Shown here in pieces: positions 38,735 through 39,082 of a stretch of DNA of 39,082 nucleotides. The stretch comes from Promethearchaeota archaeon (GTDB lineage Archaea > Asgardarchaeota > Lokiarchaeia > Sigyniarchaeales > SOKP01), in NCBI GenBank assembly GCA_018238625.1, contig JABCSY010000032.1:1-39082 (forward strand), read 5' to 3'. The notes beneath the pieces are model-generated. The model made no database searches, had not been told where the DNA came from, and saw only the letters and a program-made list of their open reading frames with translations. The stretch's first letter is position 1, and each line of letters opens with the position of its first letter. The position numbers and the translations under genes are program-made.

Positions 38735-39082
38735 ATGGCTCGATTAGGAATTCTTTTTTTTGATGGACCTTACCAAACGCAAGCTGCTGAAACGGTTGTT
38801 AAGATATCCAACGCGGCGTTAGACAAAGGAATTGATGTACGCATCTTTTGCTATATGGACGCCGTGAATGCCGTCTTAGATAAGCAGAAGAAAATTGAGG
38901 GTATCTTTAACATCGAAGAAGGGTTTAGGGAAATATTAAATAAAGGAGCCACCGTCAGACTATGTAATCTATGTCTTTTAGTCAGAGGTACTATGAAAAA
39001 CTGTTTGACAAAGGAATGCGGCGACGTGAAGCGAGCAGGTACGCCTGATCTCGCGAAGATTATAGAAGAAACAGATAAACTT
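38735..39082 (+). CDS. DsrE/TusD-like sulfur relay protein (runs off the window end)
   Basis: MARLGILFFDGPY...IFCYMDAV...LCNLCLLVRG...DLAKIIEETDKL; open to the window end; absent from the ORF track. Confidence 0.85.
   Translation, partial: MARLGILFFDGPYQTQAAETVVKISNAALDKGIDVRIFCYMDAVNAVLDKQKKIEGIFNIEEGFREILNKGATVRLCNLCLLVRGTMKNCLTKECGDVKRAGTPDLAKIIEETDKL

Overview
AT-rich archaeal chromosomal window, most likely from an Asgard archaeon (Lokiarchaeia-like). This is inferred from a longin/uDENN-like + Rab-like GTPase fusion, a single-domain gelsolin, UPF0147, a BHB-intron tRNA and an mvh/vhu-hdr locus. It carries about 37 CDS and one tRNA; no CRISPR, rRNA or intact mobile element was seen. The main signals missed by the ORF track are: (1) a 50-aa selenoprotein gene vhuU (34108-33956, minus strand) with an in-frame UGA in the hydrogenase L2 motif (RCFDC-U-LSCAAH). 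It completes a split [NiFeSe] group 3c hydrogenase (vhuG-vhuA-vhuU-hdrC-hdrB) and is followed by a SECIS-like hairpin whose AUGA core contains the gene's own UGA stop. (2) A divergently transcribed tusA-yeeE/yedE-dsrE S/Se uptake and relay operon, behind a duplicated intergenic hairpin element. (3) tRNA-Pro(CGG) with a 27-nt intron at non-canonical position 25/26 and an A37. (4) A cooC whose P-loop N-terminus requires a non-canonical start, probably AUU. Other notable content: a VhuG with a duplicated Fe-S module, a sulfotransferase/GT-C/Thr-type sulfatase cluster, a tandemly duplicated membrane/Zn-ribbon locus with a pseudogene fragment, and a RelE/ParE remnant. All calls come from motif reading by eye; no database searches were run.
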